Shown here: positions 40,674 to 43,334 of the stretch, in pieces
Layout of the letters: each line of letters begins with the position of its first letter
How positions within the stretch are numbered: the first letter of the stretch is position 1
Source: Clostridia bacterium
GTDB lineage: Bacteria; Bacillota; Clostridia; Christensenellales; CAG-314
Length of the DNA stretch: 43,334 nucleotides
NCBI GenBank assembly: GCA_036653075.1
Contig: JAVVUQ010000002.1
Location: 1 to 43,334 of the forward strand
Direction of reading: 5' to 3'
Made by a program: the position numbers and the translations under genes
Notes under the pieces: generated by a model
What the model was told of the DNA's origin: nothing
Database searches by the model: none
The model's input: the letters and a program-made list of their open reading frames with translations, nothing else

Positions 40674-41171
40674 TTATATAGTTTTAACATTTAAGTTTTT
40701 ATATTCGGTAAAACGCAATATTTTACCATTACTTTCAAGAGGTTCTGAAACAGAAACACACTGCCAATTTTCATTCTCGTCTAAATTGTCAAAAAATACT
40801 TCCGCATCGCCATCTGCGTCAACTTTTGTTACATATGCCCTATCACAATAATTTAATAATAAATGGTATACCTTAGCTCCGCCAATAATAAATATTTCAT
40901 CGCTATTTAAATTTTTGATAATGTCAAATAAAGCTTCTTTATTTTTAGCGACTATGCAATCTGTTCTATCAAGCGTTGAACTAAGCACAATATTAATTCT
41001 ATCTTTAAGCGGTTGACTGTTAGGCAGCGATTTAAGGGTATTGCTACCCATAACAACAATATTATGTATTGTTAAACTTTTAAATCTTTTCATATCTTCT
41101 TTTAATGAAAAAAGAAGTTTATTTTCTTTTCCAATTCCCCAATTGTTATCACAAACCACAACGGCTTTCAT
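40674..41171 (-). CDS. folA: Dihydrofolate reductase
   Basis: 165 aa. VVCDNNWGIGKENKLLF and IFIIGGAKVY motifs. Its ATG overlaps the thyA stop by 4 nt. Confidence 0.88.
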   Translation of the reverse strand: MKAVVVCDNNWGIGKENKLLFSLKEDMKRFKSLTIHNIVVMGSNTLKSLPNSQPLKDRINIVLSSTLDRTDCIVAKNKEALFDIIKNLNSDEIFIIGGAKVYHLLLNYCDRAYVTKVDADGDAEVFFDNLDENENWQCVSVSEPLESNGKILRFTEYKNLNVKTI

Positions 41172-41998
41172 ATTGCCACCTCAAATTTTTCATTAAAAGC
41201 GTTATAATCATATCCAACAAGTTTAAAATCCTCTAATGAAAAGTCATAAAAATTCGTTACGTTTTTATTTATAATAAATTCGGGCGCTTTAAATTTTTCG
41301 CCCTGTAACATTCGTTTAATTCCATCTATATGTCTATCATAAATATGAGCGTCTGCTATAACGTGTACTAATTCTCCCACTTTTAAATTAGATACTTGCG
41401 CAAACATATTTAATAACACAGCATATTGCACCACGTTCCAATTATTAGCAACCGCCATATCTTGTGAACGTTGATTCAATAAACCGTTTAATACGTCGCC
41501 CGAAACGTTTAGCGTAAAAGAATAGGCGCACGGATATAGTTGCATTTCGTGTAAATCTTTATGAACGTACATATTTGAAATAATTCGTCTTGATTGTTTG
41601 TTATTTTTTAAATCATATAGCATCTTATCAACTTGGTCAAATTCGCCTTCGTTATAAATGCTCTTTTGCGCCAATTGATATCCGTATGCTTTGCCAATAG
41701 TTCCATACGTGTCTTTCCAACTATCCCAAATTCCACTTTTAAGTAATGTTGTATCGTTAGATTTTTTTTGCCATATCCATAACATTTCGTCAATACAAGA
41801 TTTAAAGGCTGTTCTTTTTAATGTTATTATAGGAAATTCCTCTTGCAAATTATATCTATTAACTATACAAAATTTTTTTATTGTATGCGCTTTTTCTCCA
41901 TCTTTCCATACTGGTCGAACGTCTAAATTTTTATCATAAAAGCCATTTTCTAAAATGTCTAAACAGTTATTTTCAAATATTATATCAGCTTTACTCAT
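41168..41998 (-). CDS. thyA: Thymidylate synthase (ThyA)
   Basis: ThyA motifs EMLWIWQ, RRIISNMY, LYPCAYSF (catalytic Cys) and NQRSQDM. The start is moved to Met9 (MSKADIIF); this ATG overlaps the last codons of the upstream oxidoreductase (GATGAGTAA) by 8 nt. Confidence 0.92.
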   Translation of the reverse strand: MSKADIIFENNCLDILENGFYDKNLDVRPVWKDGEKAHTIKKFCIVNRYNLQEEFPIITLKRTAFKSCIDEMLWIWQKKSNDTTLLKSGIWDSWKDTYGTIGKAYGYQLAQKSIYNEGEFDQVDKMLYDLKNNKQSRRIISNMYVHKDLHEMQLYPCAYSFTLNVSGDVLNGLLNQRSQDMAVANNWNVVQYAVLLNMFAQVSNLKVGELVHVIADAHIYDRHIDGIKRMLQGEKFKAPEFIINKNVTNFYDFSLEDFKLVGYDYNAFNEKFEVAI

Positions 41999-43238
41999 CT
42001 TTTTTTCCTTTGATTGTTTCAATCATTTTTTTGTGTGACATCAAGGCGTTTTTGTGACTTTCAAGCGAGTCTTTTAAATAAGTTATTTTTTTTGAAACGT
42101 TATCGCCATTTAAAACTTTAATAAATTCGTCAATCAATCCATTATCGCCGCCTAAATGTCCCATTCCGCCTGTTTTTGCGTGAACAATCTCGCATTTTCC
42201 GCCAAATCTATTTAACGTGAATTTAGCGTCACAATCGTTACCGTATATCTCGCCTTTAGTTCCATAAATATGGATTTTTCTGTAACAGCGTTTAGTAAGA
42301 GCCTGCATTGACAATGTCGCCGTAACATTTCCTTCTAATTTCATTAGTATCGTTTGACTATCAAAAACATCATTATCGCATCTATACACGCATCTACCAT
42401 ATGGCGATGTTTTTAAAACTTCTTTAAATTCCTTCATTGTCGCTTGATTATTTCCACAAATTAAAGTTTTATTTCCTATCATAAATGGCGTTGTATACTT
42501 GGTAAATCCATAATAAATTTTTTCCACGTCAAACGGACAATTTTTCCTTGCTTTGCATCCGTTTAAACAATAATTTGTCGCTCCAACTGGCTCGTTTTCT
42601 TTTTTAAAATATCTTAATCCGCCATACGCCTGCATTTCTACGCATTTTTTTCCCGTAAACCAATAAATAATATCAAAGTCGTGACTACATTTTGCTAAAA
42701 TATCTGGTGATGTTTCTTCTTCGCTACGCCAATTACCACGCACAAAACTATGCGCAAAATGCCAATAACCAACATTTTCCGTATGGTTAATATGCAAAAC
42801 ATCGCCTATGTCACCATTATCTATAACATTTTTTATTGCATTATAAAATGGAGCGTACCTTAGAACGTGACATACAACTACTTTCAATCCCCTTTCATCA
42901 GCTAAGCGCGATAACTGTTCGCATAATTTAATATCTGGAGATATCGGCTTTTCCAAAAGTATATTGTATCCTAATTCTAACGCTCTTTTAGCGTGTTTAT
43001 AATGGTCTTTATCTTGTGTGCATATAAGTAACGCATCAGAGATTTTTCCCGCATTAAAAAATGTTTCATCATTATTAAATCTATACCTATCTTCTATGTT
43101 CCATTTGTTTCCAATTTGTTGTAATAAAACTTCTTTTTTTTCACAAACAGCATTTATTTCAACATTTTTGTGTCGTAATAAAAGATTACCATATCCTCTG
43201 CCACGATTACCCAATCCCAATATCGCTATCTTTATCAT
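41991..43238 (-). CDS. Gfo/Idh/MocA-family NAD(P)-dependent oxidoreductase with a Cys-containing C-terminal domain
   Basis: N-terminal Rossmann fold MIKIAILGLGNRGRGYG and an EKP motif (LLEKPIS). The C-terminal half contains CLNGCKARKNCP and GRCVYRCD. AAGGAGA RBS. Confidence 0.75.
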   Translation of the reverse strand: MIKIAILGLGNRGRGYGNLLLRHKNVEINAVCEKKEVLLQQIGNKWNIEDRYRFNNDETFFNAGKISDALLICTQDKDHYKHAKRALELGYNILLEKPISPDIKLCEQLSRLADERGLKVVVCHVLRYAPFYNAIKNVIDNGDIGDVLHINHTENVGYWHFAHSFVRGNWRSEEETSPDILAKCSHDFDIIYWFTGKKCVEMQAYGGLRYFKKENEPVGATNYCLNGCKARKNCPFDVEKIYYGFTKYTTPFMIGNKTLICGNNQATMKEFKEVLKTSPYGRCVYRCDNDVFDSQTILMKLEGNVTATLSMQALTKRCYRKIHIYGTKGEIYGNDCDAKFTLNRFGGKCEIVHAKTGGMGHLGGDNGLIDEFIKVLNGDNVSKKITYLKDSLESHKNALMSHKKMIETIKGKKDE

Positions 43239-43334
43239 AGGTATTCTCCTTATAATTAATATAAATTATTATCAATTTTTTTAATGAATTTATAAATTAT
43301 TTAATTTTATATCCTATATATTCTATCACAATTA

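Overview
AT-rich, low-GC Firmicutes (Clostridia-like) chromosomal segment made up almost entirely of core genes. No CRISPR array, IS element or prophage module is visible. Left end (+ strand): the 3' part of a glutamate mutase / methylaspartate operon (glmL partial, glmE, methylaspartate ammonia-lyase). It continues directly into a translationally coupled AtuA-like (DUF1446) plus DUF4387 pair of unknown function. Next come a 560-bp AT-rich gap containing a perfect 14-6-14 palindrome, a 366-aa tyrosine recombinase, hflX and lexA. The rest is mainly minus-strand housekeeping in typical Firmicutes synteny: ynbB-like PLP enzyme, miaA, mutL, mutS, miaB, class A PBP (+), HAD phosphatase, rnhA, tRNA-Trp, rny, recA, cinA, pgsA, rimO, ftsK/spoIIIE, M16 peptidase, polysaccharide deacetylase, DUF1624 membrane protein, mnmA, a PF06541-like membrane protein, a ferritin-like protein (+), and an overlapping oxidoreductase-thyA-folA operon. 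The only clearly accessory-looking gene is a 968-aa protein between recA and rny. It has a prepilin-type (class III) N-terminal signal, five InlB-B-repeat-like modules and a Cys-rich C-terminal domain, and no pilus machinery is encoded in the window. This gene and the AtuA/DUF4387 pair are the best candidates for undescribed biology. All family assignments come from motif recognition by eye; no searches were run.
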